From: Klebsormidium nitens
Lineage: Eukaryota > Plantae > Klebsormidiophyceae
Assembly (NCBI GenBank): GCA_000708835.1
Contig: DF237047.1
Coordinates: 62,001-126,000 of the forward strand
Direction: 5' to 3'
DNA: 64,000 bases
In this document: piece after piece, positions 13,225 through 25,894 of the stretch
How the letters are laid out: each line of letters begins with the position of its first letter
Numbering within the stretch: the stretch's first letter is position 1
Notes under the pieces: generated by a model
What the model was told of the DNA's origin: nothing
The model's database searches: none
Seen by the model: only the letters and a program-made list of their open reading frames with translations
Program-made: the position numbers and the translations under genes

Positions 13225-16200
13225 TCAGACATGTAGCTCGTCTTGCGCGCTATCAAACGGAGCGAAGCATTTGTCAACGTCTTCGGCTTTCACAGCGTCT
13301 AGCGTCGAGGGCTGCCACCGAGGTTTCTGCAAGAAGACGGTACGTCAACGAGTCACTCACTACTTTGCTGATCAAAGACAATACCACCATGCCCACAAAT
13401 ACTTTGAAAGTATGATCGGGCGAGTTCCGCGTCACAGACTAGTATGAGATCTGCTGTTCACTGGGTTTCCTTGTCAGCCTTTGAAGTGCCTTTGAAGAGC
13501 CGTTCAGGAGGGAGTGCACTGCGGAACGGTCATCGAACGCGTAAAAGGCAAGCACCTCAAGCTGCACAGATGCAAGTCGAGGTTTTTGACGGCTACAATG
13601 ACAAGTGGGAAAGAAGAGAGAAGCATCGCACCTGGTCCTTGTCGATAAGCACCGCGCGCACGCCCTCGACAAAGTCGGGCCGCCGTGACGTTCGCAAAGC
13701 CAGGCGGTACTCCACGCGCATGACGCCCTCAATCTGCGGATGCATTGGCACATGTGGTTTTAGGTAACCCAGAAAGGAAGGCCGGCTGACAGTTCGCGTT
13801 CGTAGGCTTGTCTGAGAAGGAGAGAGCCTGACTTTTGAGATCTAAAATCCTGTTCTTAATATTTTTCCACTGCAGGTGTGGCAGATTGCCCGTCCCGCGC
13901 CTAACTTTGATTATGGCTTTCGATCGTTTGGTACCTACCATCGGACATCTCAGGATACTGCAGGCGGTTCAAAACGAACTCTAGCGAGGCGGCCAGCTTC
14001 GAAGCAAACGGCAGTGATACTGAGGGATGCGGCAAAAACCGAGCAGACAACACACCCGCAGCCACCAGAGACGAGTCTGCGTTTCACAAGCGCAAGATGT
14101 GTCCGGACGAGGCGTCGCTTCCGCAAGGTCTCCATCGCACATCGAGCCAGAGTTCAATCTCCTCAGCATTATGCCCTAAAGTTAAAAGGACCTTCGAGTG
14201 GCCCAATATGATCCGCGACAAAGTGGACGGCACGAGAGCGGACGTTTGCGTGGCAAGCCGGAGCGGCCGACTCGAACCTGAGTGACTCTGAAGTGCTGCC
14301 ATTCCTCACTCCATTCCTCACTCCATACATTTACTGGAAGGGCTACCGCCCCCAATTGGGTAGCAAAGCTCTCTTCCTCAATATTGGACAATGTAGGCTC
14401 CCAGCTAAGCTGACTAAAAGAGGTCCTTTCACTCTTTGCCGCTTGCATCCGCCCATAACCGCTCTTCACATTTTCCAAGGGGAGTGACCTTTACTCTGAT
14501 TAAGAGTCTGGTCCAGGACACTGCCAGCGAGGACTCTTTCGAGCGCTTACCGTGCTCAGCTCGCCGGTTCCGCGCGCCGCGTCCGCTGCAACTGCGTCGA
14601 AATGCTTTTGCGTGACCGCAAGACTGACGGGACCTCCTCGCCGCAACCCCGCGAGCGCTTCCGCCGCCCACTCCGCCTCTGCAGAAGAAATACGTGAATC
14701 TGTCACGGGATCCTTTTTCGGTTCCGGCCTGTTCCGGTCTTTCAGCCAAATTGAGGTTAGGTCAAGAAACCGTGAGGTAAGCGCAAACCAAGGCTCAAGT
14801 AACCGGTTGTCGACACGTTCCGGCGTGGAATGTGGGATTGTCTGGAAAAACCTCGCTTCGAGTCCGCCTGATCAAATCCACTGATGACCTTTGGCTTAGG
14901 AGCACCTCGAAACAAGTATCGAGCCAAAAAAATGTTCTCCTTGAAAGGGCGACCGCGCATGACCGATGTTAACGTTGTACAGTAGGCGGACTGTGACATA
15001 AACCAAGAATGTGCCGGGCACGCGTTGTGGATCGGTTGGTCCATTGCGCGCCTGCTCTTACAGCCAACCAATGCAAGAGGGTTCTGACCGCAATAGAAAC
15101 CGAAGCTTCGTTATTTAGAAGTATCGAGGCTGTATACCGTAATTCGGTGTTCAAAACCTTGAACGCCCCCCTGTCACGGTTTACGTCCCACACCAACAGA
15201 GCTGAACGGCGATCTCTCTCGTCCCCGCTCACCTTTGCTGTCGCCCGAGCTCTCGGCTCGCTCTACTTCGTCTTGAATCTGAGTAACGGGGTGCCCCGCG
15301 CCAAAGACCCGCTCAATGAAAGGCTGTGCATGTTTTAGGCTGGGCTCTTCTCCGGGGGGCGATGCAAATCTCTCCAACACGGCTTCAACGGCAGCATGCG
15401 CGTCGCCGCTTGAGTCTCTGCATGAGTTGGCGAGGAGAGTGTCAGAGACGACGGTCTTTTGCAACGCCATTTAAAGCTGAGACTTTCTGACACAGTATAC
15501 TTCCCTTCTGAGAAGTATGATCGAAGCAGTCCAGCACAGCCTTCACGGATGCGTGCGCATCACCGCTCGAGTCTCTGCACGATTGGCGACAAGGTATCAA
15601 GAGAGAACAGTCTTTTGCAACGCCATCCAAGGCTGCCCCATTTTGACTCTGAATACTTCGCCGAGGATTGATACGAAGCGGTCCAACTCGGCTTCAAAGG
15701 AAGCGTGCGCCGCTTGAGTCTCTACATATTACTTGACAGTACGTTTCTCAGAAGAACCTTTCACAAAGGACGGATGCTCTTTCAAGATCCGCAACGCCTT
15801 CCAAAACTGAGGCTTTCTGAAACTGTACTATTGCACATTCGGTCAAACCTGGCCGCCTGACCCGATGCTAAATCGAGCCAGTCGCAGAACTTTCGAGGGT
15901 CGCAGAATTTGGGCCGTTCGATGATTGACCTCCAGGTCATCGCAGGGTCCATGTTTCGCGCGTCGGGCAAAGTTTTGCGTTCGGCTCAATTCGGACTCGG
16001 GTCAGGAGGCCAGGTTTGACCGAATGTGCAATATTTCTCCAGGGGGTGATGCGGACTGGTCCAATACGGCTTCAAGGGACGCACGCGCATCGCCGCTTGA
16101 GTCTCTGCATAAGTTTCCCGCACGAATACTCGGGTAGAAGGTAGCGTTCACGAAGGAAGCTGTCTCATTTAACTTACAACGGCTTCCAGAATCAAAGCTT

Positions 16201-19200
16201 GTGGAAGTGGAACAAAAAGCCCCTTTCAATCCGTCAAGCGTTCCCACGAAGGCTCTCGATCAGTATCAAGCAATAGAAACTCGGCGCTTGATGCTAATCA
16301 AGCCTCGTGAAAAGGGCAACGCCGCATAGGCGCCCAGTGTGCCGCTGACACGTGTCCCACCTTACAGCGGATTGCAGGTCTGCTTTGAGCTCCGGCAGCT
16401 TCTCGGATGGCACAAAGTGGGACGCCAGCCCAGCGTAGAAGATGTCGGCGGGGGTTTTGAGCCGCGCTCCCGTGAGCGCCATGTAGGTGCCTGCGAAGAG
16501 TGGACCGACTTGTCAGGAATCTGACCTGACTCAGCACCATCCTTCGCCTGCGCAGACATTGTGTCGAGTCTGTCAAATCATTCGACCTGATTATGCTCAA
16601 GTGGAATGGAGGACGTCTTTTTGGAACTCCTTCAATCTGGGACATGCAGACTATTTCGAACTGGTCTTCCGACTGGTACCTTCAGACAGGTTCAGATTCA
16701 GCACGATCATGTACCCGTGAGCTATCCTTTCTCTTTTTATACCTTCGAAGAACGGACCGAGACATTCGGCCGAAACTCTTGCTCGAGCGAGTAAGACGCG
16801 CTTTCGTAGACTGCAGTGACAACCAGCCGCCAGTCCTTTCTATGCACAGGCTACTGTCCTTCGGCTAGATACCAAGACAACAGTCTGCTATCGAAGTCGG
16901 CGATTGTCGACCCTCGACAATATTTTGAGATGCCGCTTGGAACGCTACTTTCATTATCCTCGGAACCAGAACTAGTCGAGCCGCGCCTGAAAGCGAGCCG
17001 CTAAAAGATGACCACATACTTCAACACGTTTGATGACTGGGGACTGAAAACCTGGGTCTCGAGGAACTGAAGAAGGGTCTTCGTCAAACCTGTCCCGTGG
17101 TCTAATGAGATACTGAAACACCTTGCAGGGATTGTAACCTGGCTTCCCACGAACTTCAAGCCTGACCTCGCCTGTCGGGTCCTTTGCTCATTTCCAATCT
17201 GCCAGGATTTTTACAAACATACGTGGGGCAGATTTGAGGCACTTTACATCACAGACGAGATGAAAGGGCAGAGGCTCACCCAGTCCCCGTGGGGCGCGGC
17301 CCACCAGGTGTGCAAAGCCGACGTCGGGAAAAAGGCCGATGCCATTCTCAGGCATTGCAACAACCGTTCGCTGCGACACGGATGATGAGCGTGATGATTG
17401 TGACATTCGCGTCGCACAGCAAAAAGGGATTGTCGGGGTTGTGGTTCGGCGACTCTTGACTCCTGATGGTTTCCTCGAGGACCTTAACTTAATCAGGGGC
17501 TTTCAGTGAACTATGTGAGATCTCCGAAGTCCCGAACTTAGGATTCATACTAGGGCAGCATCACAATTCTTCTGATGCATCGCGCATGAAAAGACTTCCT
17601 TTCCTCTTTGAAGAGCCCTGCGCACATGCCTACAAAGTCTCAGCCAAAAAAGTTTGTAAGATGCCACGCTTGTATTGTTACGTTTCTACCTGATGCGACT
17701 GCTCTCAGGTGCGATTGATAGGGACAATGGGTGAGAAAGGCGCACCTCTGTAATAACCCGGTATTTGCCATGCCCTGAGAGACCCAGGCCAAAGCCCATG
17801 GTAATACCGTCCATGATCGATATGTATGGCTTCGGGTACCTGGCAATGCGCACCACTAGGGGGTATTCCTGATTGAACACCTGCGACCAAAAGACACTCA
17901 TATCAGACATTGGTTTCTTGGTAGACTGGTTATAGTGGTTTATAGAGCAAGATAGAAACCAATCTTGGGTGATTAAAGACGTCCCTGGATACATAGACCT
18001 GACCTGCGCGCAGAAAAGTTGGCCAGCATACGAGATCTCGTGATAGTACGTGATCCCCGTACTCGCCACTTCCGCAAGGAGAGCTGAGTCCTCTCTTCAG
18101 TTTACATCCTGAGAGGATTCCTGGACCAATGACCGCCGCTTATAAACAGAGCAAGTCAACCAGCTGTCTCGCGTTGGATCTCTAATGTAAAGTCACATAG
18201 TTCGTGAAAGGTCGAATTTCTCAGGGAGATGTCTCTCCTCCTTTTATGCATGAAAACAGAGAAGGGACAGACAAGCCAGCATCAATCAGCAAGAGAAGGA
18301 ACCGGGAACTGATGGTTGCAGGTTGTCAGCAGCAAGGAGCAGTGAAGTAACCTAGGGCTCTCACCTCTTCAACAACGCTGGTTGCAGGGTCGTCCCTTAT
18401 TGCCGTTGCAAACCATTTTACGTCGGCGCCTAACAAAGGAAGGGGCGCAAAGTTCAGTTGCTGAAGCGCACCATCTATGGAGAATAACAGGCCGTCTCCT
18501 CACTGAAGTCTTGATTGTAAACTTCAAGGGCTAATTGAACCACCACTCAAAATGAGAGTTACAATGAAGTAGCAGAAACACAAGTATTCAGTAGGGCGGG
18601 TGTCACAAACCTCCCAAACATTCATGGCAATGAGGCCACAAGGAAGCTGACTGCTGGCATCATTCAATGCGTTCAGTGGTAGGCAAGCTGATAGAATGTG
18701 AAAGAGGGGCTAGTACCTGAGCAAAAGGCTCGCGGGGTGCTTCCTTGAATGAGAACTGCCTTGATTGAGCTGTCCTTCTGCCAAGAGTCCAGGAGGTGTG
18801 TGTATGTGCGGTCCATATCTGACAAAGAAGGACCAGGATTTGAAGTTATATGATGTTGTTTAATGTTATGTTGTCAAGAAAATGTTGCTGTTCGTTGAAA
18901 GAACTACAATTTATGCTTGTTCTGACCGCAGATGAATGTGAAACTATCCACCATGCTTTTACACCACTTCAAAGACAATCTTGAAAAGCGGGAGTCCCTG
19001 TGGTGGCATAAGGCGCTTTACAAGGCTATCCACGATAAGTTTGAAATAAACAAACTTGGGGGGCCCTGGAGCAGTTGAAGTTGCAAACACACCTTTAGTT
19101 GCCTACATTCTCACCTAGGTTCATTGCATTCAGCGCCTTCGGCCGCGCCAAGGTGATCACGGCAAGGCCTCCATCAAGCACTTCGCCCTGGACAAAGTCC

Positions 19201-19565
19201 TCAGTGGCAACTGATGCAGCGGCCGAAGTCATCCGTGCGCCCAAGAACACCCGCCTTTCCTTCTCTGTTTTCAAGTTTGAGTAGCTTATTGGGGCCCTAT
19301 TTAGTGGTGGACCAAGGGCTGCGCAATGCTGATACAGATTGTCGTCACCACCACCTCGCAGGATCCTATGCAAACAGCTAATTGGAGCTGAGATCTGATT
19401 GTGCGAAGCACGGAACGTCTCCGTCCCTACTACAGGTTTGATTGAAGGTGAACGGCCAAGCTGCTTTCTGCTCCAACTCGACGTTCGAAAAGTGGTTTGG
19501 GGCGTACTAAGGACAGAGACCTTTCTTGCCAAAGCACCAGGCGAACGCACAGAAAGGGCGTACAT
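13225..19565 (-). CDS. 3-hydroxyisobutyryl-CoA hydrolase-like protein (crotonase/ECH_2 family) with N-terminal organellar targeting extension
   Basis: Ten exons: 19565-19115, 18818-18717, 18429-18365, 17880-17746, 17370-17280, 16490-16361, 15417-15233, 14678-14551, 13733-13632, 13326-13225; phases are consistent. Motifs '[13 protein letters not shown]', 'RAFCSGADV', '[17 protein letters not shown]', '[14 protein letters not shown]', '[22 protein letters not shown]'. Confidence 0.92.
15345..16110 (-). repeat. Four-copy degenerate tandem duplication of acceptor + 5' part of HIBCH exon 7
   Basis: Exon-start motif (C/T)AG|AGACTC(A/G)AGCGG recurs at 15417 (functional), 15574, 15721 and 16104, each followed by a decayed '[12 protein letters not shown]' sequence. 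Confidence 0.85.
15831..16031. mobile_element. Stowaway/Tc1-mariner-like MITE, 201 bp
   Basis: 35-bp terminal inverted repeats (15831-15865 and 15997-16031) with one mismatch, flanked on both sides by TA (15829-15830, 16032-16033). No coding capacity. Confidence 0.8.
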
Positions 19566-20069
19566 TGGGCTTCCCTCGCACTCCCCTCAAAAGTGAATCA
19601 GCTGTGCTTCGGCTCCTCTTCCAAATCCACTGAATCCAATGCAGCTTGAAGCTAAATTGTATTGCTGGTGGCAGCCGCCCATGTTCAGCGTCCGGGCCCC
19701 GGTTGAGGTTTGGAGGCGGGTCAGTGGTTGACCCCGCGAAGAACCTAGGGTTAGGATTTTCCTCTGCACTTCAGGAAGCGCCACGTGGAAGTCGGAAGAT
19801 ACTTGCTGCCACTTGTCGGCCTGCTGACGGCCTTCTTCTTTGATGAGCTAGGACTAATAAGGGCTTCCAAGTTCCTGCAAAGCCTTGTTCCCCCCTTTCC
19901 TGACTCCATTATCGTTCAAAGCGCTGAGCAGCCATCGCCAACAATCAAAGGAAGCTCCAAGAAGGCGCCAAGCTATTTGAGAAGAACTAGTGGGCAGGTT
20001 TTCATCAGGCAAAACATCCACGCGCGCGGAGCAATTCATTGTCTGTAATCCTTTTGAGGGGGGGACTGC

Positions 20070-21470
20070 ATGGCGGCCATGGCTGCTCTCAAGGGGATGA
20101 CCACAGTCGTAACCAGGACTGTGGTTCAAACAGCTCGGGTGGGACCGATTGGGAGCTCTTCTGTGCTTAGAACGACCGTGGCTGAGGAAGCGGACTCTGT
20201 GGTGCTGAGTGAGAGGTTTTTGCACTGGTCGGGCCCCCTGCCCGCAGATGCCTCTGTGCCTGAGGCCTCAGCCTCTGCCTCTGAGGGAGCCGACAGGTAA
20301 AGAAAGAAGTTGGTGTACACGTGCCTTTTCTGCATCGTCAAATATTGAAACCATAGCTATGTTAATCTGGATCTGGAAAGATGCTCAGCTTGGCATCGCA
20401 GGCGGCCATAGAGCCTAAAGCGGGTTCAGCACTGATGCCAGACTAGTGTCTTTAGCTGCGGCATCGGAAGCCTGCATGCATGTGATAAGGATGCTTCTAG
20501 CTTTTTAGGTTAGCTTGAGGAAGATGAGTCGCATCTCTCATCAGTGGCCTGCTTCACATTGTGGTAGCCATCATGGACACATCTTGAAAAATTGTTTGGG
20601 CTATAGTGTTGGGCCAAGGGCAGCATTTGATTCTGACATAAACAATGTCTTAAATGGATTGGGCATCGAATAAGAGCTGAGTCAACCTCCAAACCACCCC
20701 TTCAAGCTTCTGGTGAAGTCAAGAGGAGGCCCCCTTGAATGTAAAAGCTCAATCAATTGATCTGAGGTGTCTTGAAAAGCAACATCATCTGCTGTTACTT
20801 GCCAGCAACTGGTCTGGCCTAGAATTAATATTGCTCACTTGCTGATTTGTCGCGGATCTTCACCGCCGTACCTGGAACGGAATGTCATGCCTCAAGTGAA
20901 ATCTGGGCTGAAGAACCACGCTTCTTTGAAGATCGTAAGAGTCTTCATAAAGCATTGAAGTCTTTGTAGCACGTCTGAAAGTTTGCTTTGAGGAACAAGG
21001 AAGGAAGTATCAACGGCCTTTCATCAGCACGATCGAGTGTTTCGTAATGCTGCAATGCTAAGGGCGGGGCTCCTTTTTGTAATCTCAAAGACCAATTGGT
21101 CCACGTCAAGCAATACCAAGAGAGGCTTACAAGCTCCACTCTACCGGGAACAATGTTGTCTAGCTTTTGAGACCTGACATACATCATCAAGACCTTGGAA
21201 GATGCACAGGGGCGCATGATTAGGAACATTAATCTTTCGTGGACAACCTGTGAGGATAGAAAGCTTTGCGAGCAACCCCACAACCTGCTGACAATAGTCA
21301 TCATCTCTGGGTCAGTAGGTATGGATAATTTGCATCCCCTGTGCTCATATTGTCATACCATGTCATCTGCAGGGGATATGATGACCACGCGTCTGTGGAG
21401 CACTACGCAAAGAAAGACACAAAGGACTTGTACGGAAAGCCATCGAACACGGGTGAAGCGACTGAAAGGT
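20070..21470 (+). CDS. Small hypothetical protein with Ala/Ser/Thr-rich N-terminus (model incomplete)
   Basis: ATG in GCC-rich context at 20070 and donor AG|GTAAAG at 20296/20297. A phase-compatible exon 21373-~21468 encodes GYDDHASVEHYAKKDTKDLYGKPS. The 3' end is unresolved. Confidence 0.35.
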
Positions 21471-23210
21471 GAAATACGTACTCCCTGATTTAGCGCAACA
21501 ACACTGCTTTGTTTGCTGCTGGCCGTTTTACGGTGCTAAAAGGTCCTAATTTCTATCAATATTGTTGCTGTTTCCCAGAGTCTGCAGCTGGTTTTCCTCT
21601 GGATGGTTGGGCAGACGCATGATTTGGCATACTGGTTCAGATACTTGAATCAGAACCTTTAGCATGTATGCTTCGGCTGGCAGCCAGCTTACTGTGTTTG
21701 AGAGTTTGACGCACTCCTGCTCCTCTGCTCTTGAGCCTCAACCTCGATACGAGGAACCTTTTGAAGAGGGCTGCAGGAAACAGGTTTCGCCGATGATCCG
21801 GGATTTAAATCAAGGCATTCTCATTATTATGTGCTCTGCTGAAGGGACATGGTTATACCCATGCGACTTGAGTTAATGAGTTTTCCCCGTAGAGACTGTG
21901 TGAAACGTAGCACACTGCTTTTTGGAAACAGGTATTGCTAAAAGACTGAAGTCCCGTATGTGACAATCTTTTCGGCCTGCATTCGGTATTTTACACTGTT
22001 GCCAATACTATCCAAAATTTTGGACAATCTGGGTGGTTCTTTGCAGTGCAGCGTATCATGTGTCTTCGTTTGCAGTTTCGTAGGTGGGGCTTGCGATAGT
22101 CTTTTGAACTAAAGGTCTCTTGCTTCCCGTGGTATATCAGTATTCGTCTGACGAAGGTCCACACTCAGCTTCCACAAAGCGCTGACGTAACAAGTGTGTA
22201 CTTGCAGGGCTGCAAACACAGATATGCAACACGGTGCCGACGAAGAGACTCTGGAGAAAACAGGCTTTGACATGTCGAAAATGAGTAGGCCAGCAGGAGA
22301 TGAGTAGGGACCGTCCTCAAAGACCTTCATTTGTTCTTCGTGCTTTTTGCTTTGACAGTAAATTTGGGCGTAAAATTGGATCTGAGCTTTGACCGATTGT
22401 ATAGTAGCACGGTGCGCGCTAGCCTTCGTCTTCTTTAGATCGATGTATAGACGAACCTTCCGAGGACAGGAAAAGTCAATCGTAGACGGTTGACCTACCA
22501 TCAGTACGACGTCGTATCGACTTCGTCAAGCATGCGAAAACTGAAATTGCTGCAAATGGTACACGTGAAATGCGCTGTATTCCCAGTACAACGTGTCGCG
22601 TGCCTCGCACACGCGTGCTTGATAAACGAGAGGCAATGCGTGCCTTCAAGTCCATGGATTGTCACAATAATGTACGTCAGGTTGTTGATTAAATGTGCAA
22701 GGTCAAAATGTGGTTGTCCAGTCATCCTGACGTGGCAATAGTTATGCACTATGAATACTGAGCTGGATCCCAACTATTATGCAGTGTTCGTACATGTAGG
22801 CTGATCGTAGGGTAGCATCTTGTTGTGCTGTAGGCATACTAACTTGCAGATCCCGTCAAGAACATGATCGATCCGTTTTTAAGGAGCAGAATTGCCAGTT
22901 GAGTTGGGTGTATGGGCTCTTCGAGGCTCGGCCGCGCTTGAGGAATCTGTGGATCGGAGTCGCATGCTACAAATTCGCGGTCGGGTCTTCGGAAAAGCAG
23001 TACGTGGACTGAGCTGGTCGCATGAGGCCGACTGATCTTCTCAATCTGGTACGCATTTGTGCAATTCTGAGTGCATCTGGATGATATGCCCATCATAAAA
23101 GTTCTCTTATATACGTGCACATATACCCAGATTGACCGCGCTGTGTAAAGGCTCATGTGCATTAAGCTATCACAAGAACTCATTGCATGAAGGGTTAGTA
23201 TTCGATGCAA

Positions 23211-25384
23211 TCATGTACTGTATCTGTATGTTCCTCCTGGCAATTTCGCAACTTCCTTCCGATCCTCCTGCGGAGCTCTCCTGGCGAGCACTAAATGCGC
23301 GGTGTCGTTGACCTTCGTCACGTGCCAGCCCCTGTTAGTTGTAAATTTCAACAGCGTGACAGAACTATTCTCTAGAAAAATCTTATGCGTCATCTTGGGA
23401 TCCGACTGAAGGATGCCCCGCAGAAAGCACTTGATCGCCATCCCGTGACCAAACAGGGCGACCCTCCGCCTCACCGCCGCCCTCACCGGTCGCTCCAAAG
23501 CGCCCGCACTCGTATCCGAAACCCCGTTCGCTTCCAGAGCGCTTGTTTGCAGCCCTGCTGCCCCCTCCGGTACAGACCGCTCACTGACCCCGGTACCTAG
23601 GTCCGAATCAGGATGGTGCGACACCCCTGCCTCTGGGGCACCGTTTCCCTTTGCTGCCTGCCTCCGCAAATCCAACAGCGCTAACGACGCCGACAACTCA
23701 TCTTCCCTCAGCTCCTGCTCACTTTTCCCCACTTCCCCCCCTTGTTCTCGCCCCATCCCCAACCCCCCCGTTTGCGGAACGACTCCGTTCTGACCGTCTC
23801 TCCGAGCTATTTGTAACTGCTCTTTGATCATCCCCTCAACAAAGTGACGCATCCGCGTCTCGACTTGAAGTTGGCTCTCCCCCCCAGGCGCAGTAAAGTT
23901 AGGTTGCAATGCGGGCATGCTAGCGAGAACGTCGGGCGTGTAAACCTCGGCGCGCGGCCGGCCCTCCCACTCGCCCTGGCTCATCTCCTGCAGGTCGTCT
24001 GCCACGTGGATCTCTCGCTCAGGGATGCCTAGCTCCTGAGAAAAACGGGAAGTTGGGAGAAGCTTTCCAGAGGTTTCTTGCAGGAGACCAAAGGTGGTTC
24101 AGAGGAGTGTGTCTGTTGATCTGTTCACCTTGCGCTTAGAGTCCCGTTTTGCTAAATGTGAGGCTTGGTTCAGGTTTTCAGGTTGCGAGGGTTCCTAAAA
24201 AGAACTGCATATGATACTAGGTCGTACTGCTGACGTTGCCAGTTGAGAAGGAGCTGCAAAGACTGAATGGGGAACATGGAGATCGGACCTAAAAGTGGCC
24301 AAAAACCATAATCATGAGGCAAAGGAAATGTCACCCATGAGCCTCTAGTTACAAGAAGTGATGGAAGACTGTGTTGTTTCTGCTATCGCTTGATACCTTC
24401 TCACCACATTTTTCCATCGTTTGCTAGTTGTACGAGGCAGAGGTTAGTGCCACCCCTCCTAAATGTCGGCCAAAGGAATCACAAGTGGCTGCGGCAACCA
24501 GAAGCAACAGGGAAAAGGGGGGGTAGATGGATAATTACAGGTGGTTGACACTAAGGGTGAGTAGGAACCATCCTCACCAGGCATGTGATGGCAGCTGTGT
24601 CATACGCCCTGACAAGCGAGCTTGCATACACGGCATCAAAGGTCAGCTGCAGATAATCTCGGAGGTAGGCCCCCAGGGCCTTCGCCTGCTTCGCCCCTTT
24701 GGTGGTTAGTGTGGCGTGCTGGGAGCGACCGCCAACTGCAGCAGACAGGAGTTGCTTCTGAGAGGATTGTAAAGCTGAACATTCTGCAAATGAACGCATA
24801 TTGGATACGAACCTTCTAAGATATCCAAGAAGGTGGGACTGTGAAGAAAGTAGATGGTCAGTGAGTGTCAGCACTTGATTAGGTGAGCTACTGATGCACT
24901 CCTGACCCAAAATGTGCTTGGTCTAGCTTCCATGATCCCTCCAAGCAGAGTCTTAAGGGGCTAAACAGAAAGGCTAATCAAGAAATGACATTGTGAGAAG
25001 AGCGAGGGTTGCAGAGATCAGTAGGGGTCTTATAGAGGGACCTCAGGGCTTAGTCAAATAGGTTGCAGCATCACAGATGTAAATCTGGTTCTGAGATAGA
25101 TAGAGCAGGTTGAGCACAAATGAGGTCAAGCAATGAAGTTCAAAGCTTTTGTTCCTGTCTGCTTGAAAGAGGAATCCAAGGGGTTGGCGCAGAGTTCCTT
25201 TGCCCCCAAAATGCAACGGCATCCTCATGAGTTGAACCATTTTGCCGAAGACATCAAAGAAGAGGACTCAATGCTTTTAAAAGAAGAGAGAAAGAGCAAC
25301 TTTCTCACCGATGGACGGGTGCACATTCGCTGTGCTTTCTCCGTGGCGAACAAGGTAAACTTCAATGACAATTTCCTCCGCCAT
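23211..25384 (-). CDS. Histidine phosphatase superfamily (phosphoglycerate mutase-like) protein
   Basis: Exons 25384-25309, 24735-24578, 24035-23211. Catalytic 'VYLVRHGES' motif, then 'VYASSLVRAYDTA', 'LQEMSQGEWEG', 'PGGES' and 'FGHGMAIKCFL...NSSVT...VNDTAHL'. Confidence 0.9.
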
Positions 25385-25894
25385 GTTGGAATAATGCTGT
25401 ACGTCGGGTGAAGGAGATCAACAAGCCACTGCGCTACTTCACAACGTGACCTCGTCAGATCTCTCCTCCTTCCCCAACCTGCCGCACTAGACAAGTGACT
25501 TGAGCAGTGAGTGAGAAGTGGAGCGAAGATGACAAGAAACGCCTCAAGATGCCAGGCACCAGCTGGCTGGCCCCCAATATCAATCTGCGGACAGTCCGCA
25601 CTTTGTGGGATCCCCCAAGACTTCAGCCCGGGGACCGCAAAAACAGCGACTATTTGCCCGCGCGCCAACGAACATCAGTCGCTGAGCAGCCGGCCTTTAA
25701 GGCCCTCGGACCGTCCGACGCGGAGTGTCCCATCATTGGAGTGACCGCGATTCCATTGCCAACTCAAGAAGCTGGGCAGATTTAATCGTTCTCACTTTGC
25801 AGAGTCTAAGCACTCCAAGACCTTGAACAGGAATGTGGGCGGCTCTCCCTTGCAGCTGAGCTTCTCAGATTTCTCTCACTAGAGTTGTGTGGCC

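Noticed and set aside
13444-14290. Plus-strand ORFs that looked like a pseudogene or transposase remnant
   Set aside because: 13632-13733 is the antisense of a HIBCH exon and the rest is HIBCH intron; no domain was recognised.
22109-22501. 130-aa minus-strand ORF downstream of the phosphatase gene
   Set aside because: No homology cues or supporting splice sites; probably 3' UTR or intergenic.
23490-23830. ~110-aa low-complexity insertion in the histidine phosphatase
   Set aside because: As I recall, plant members of this subfamily carry a variable insertion at the same place, so it is not evidently novel.
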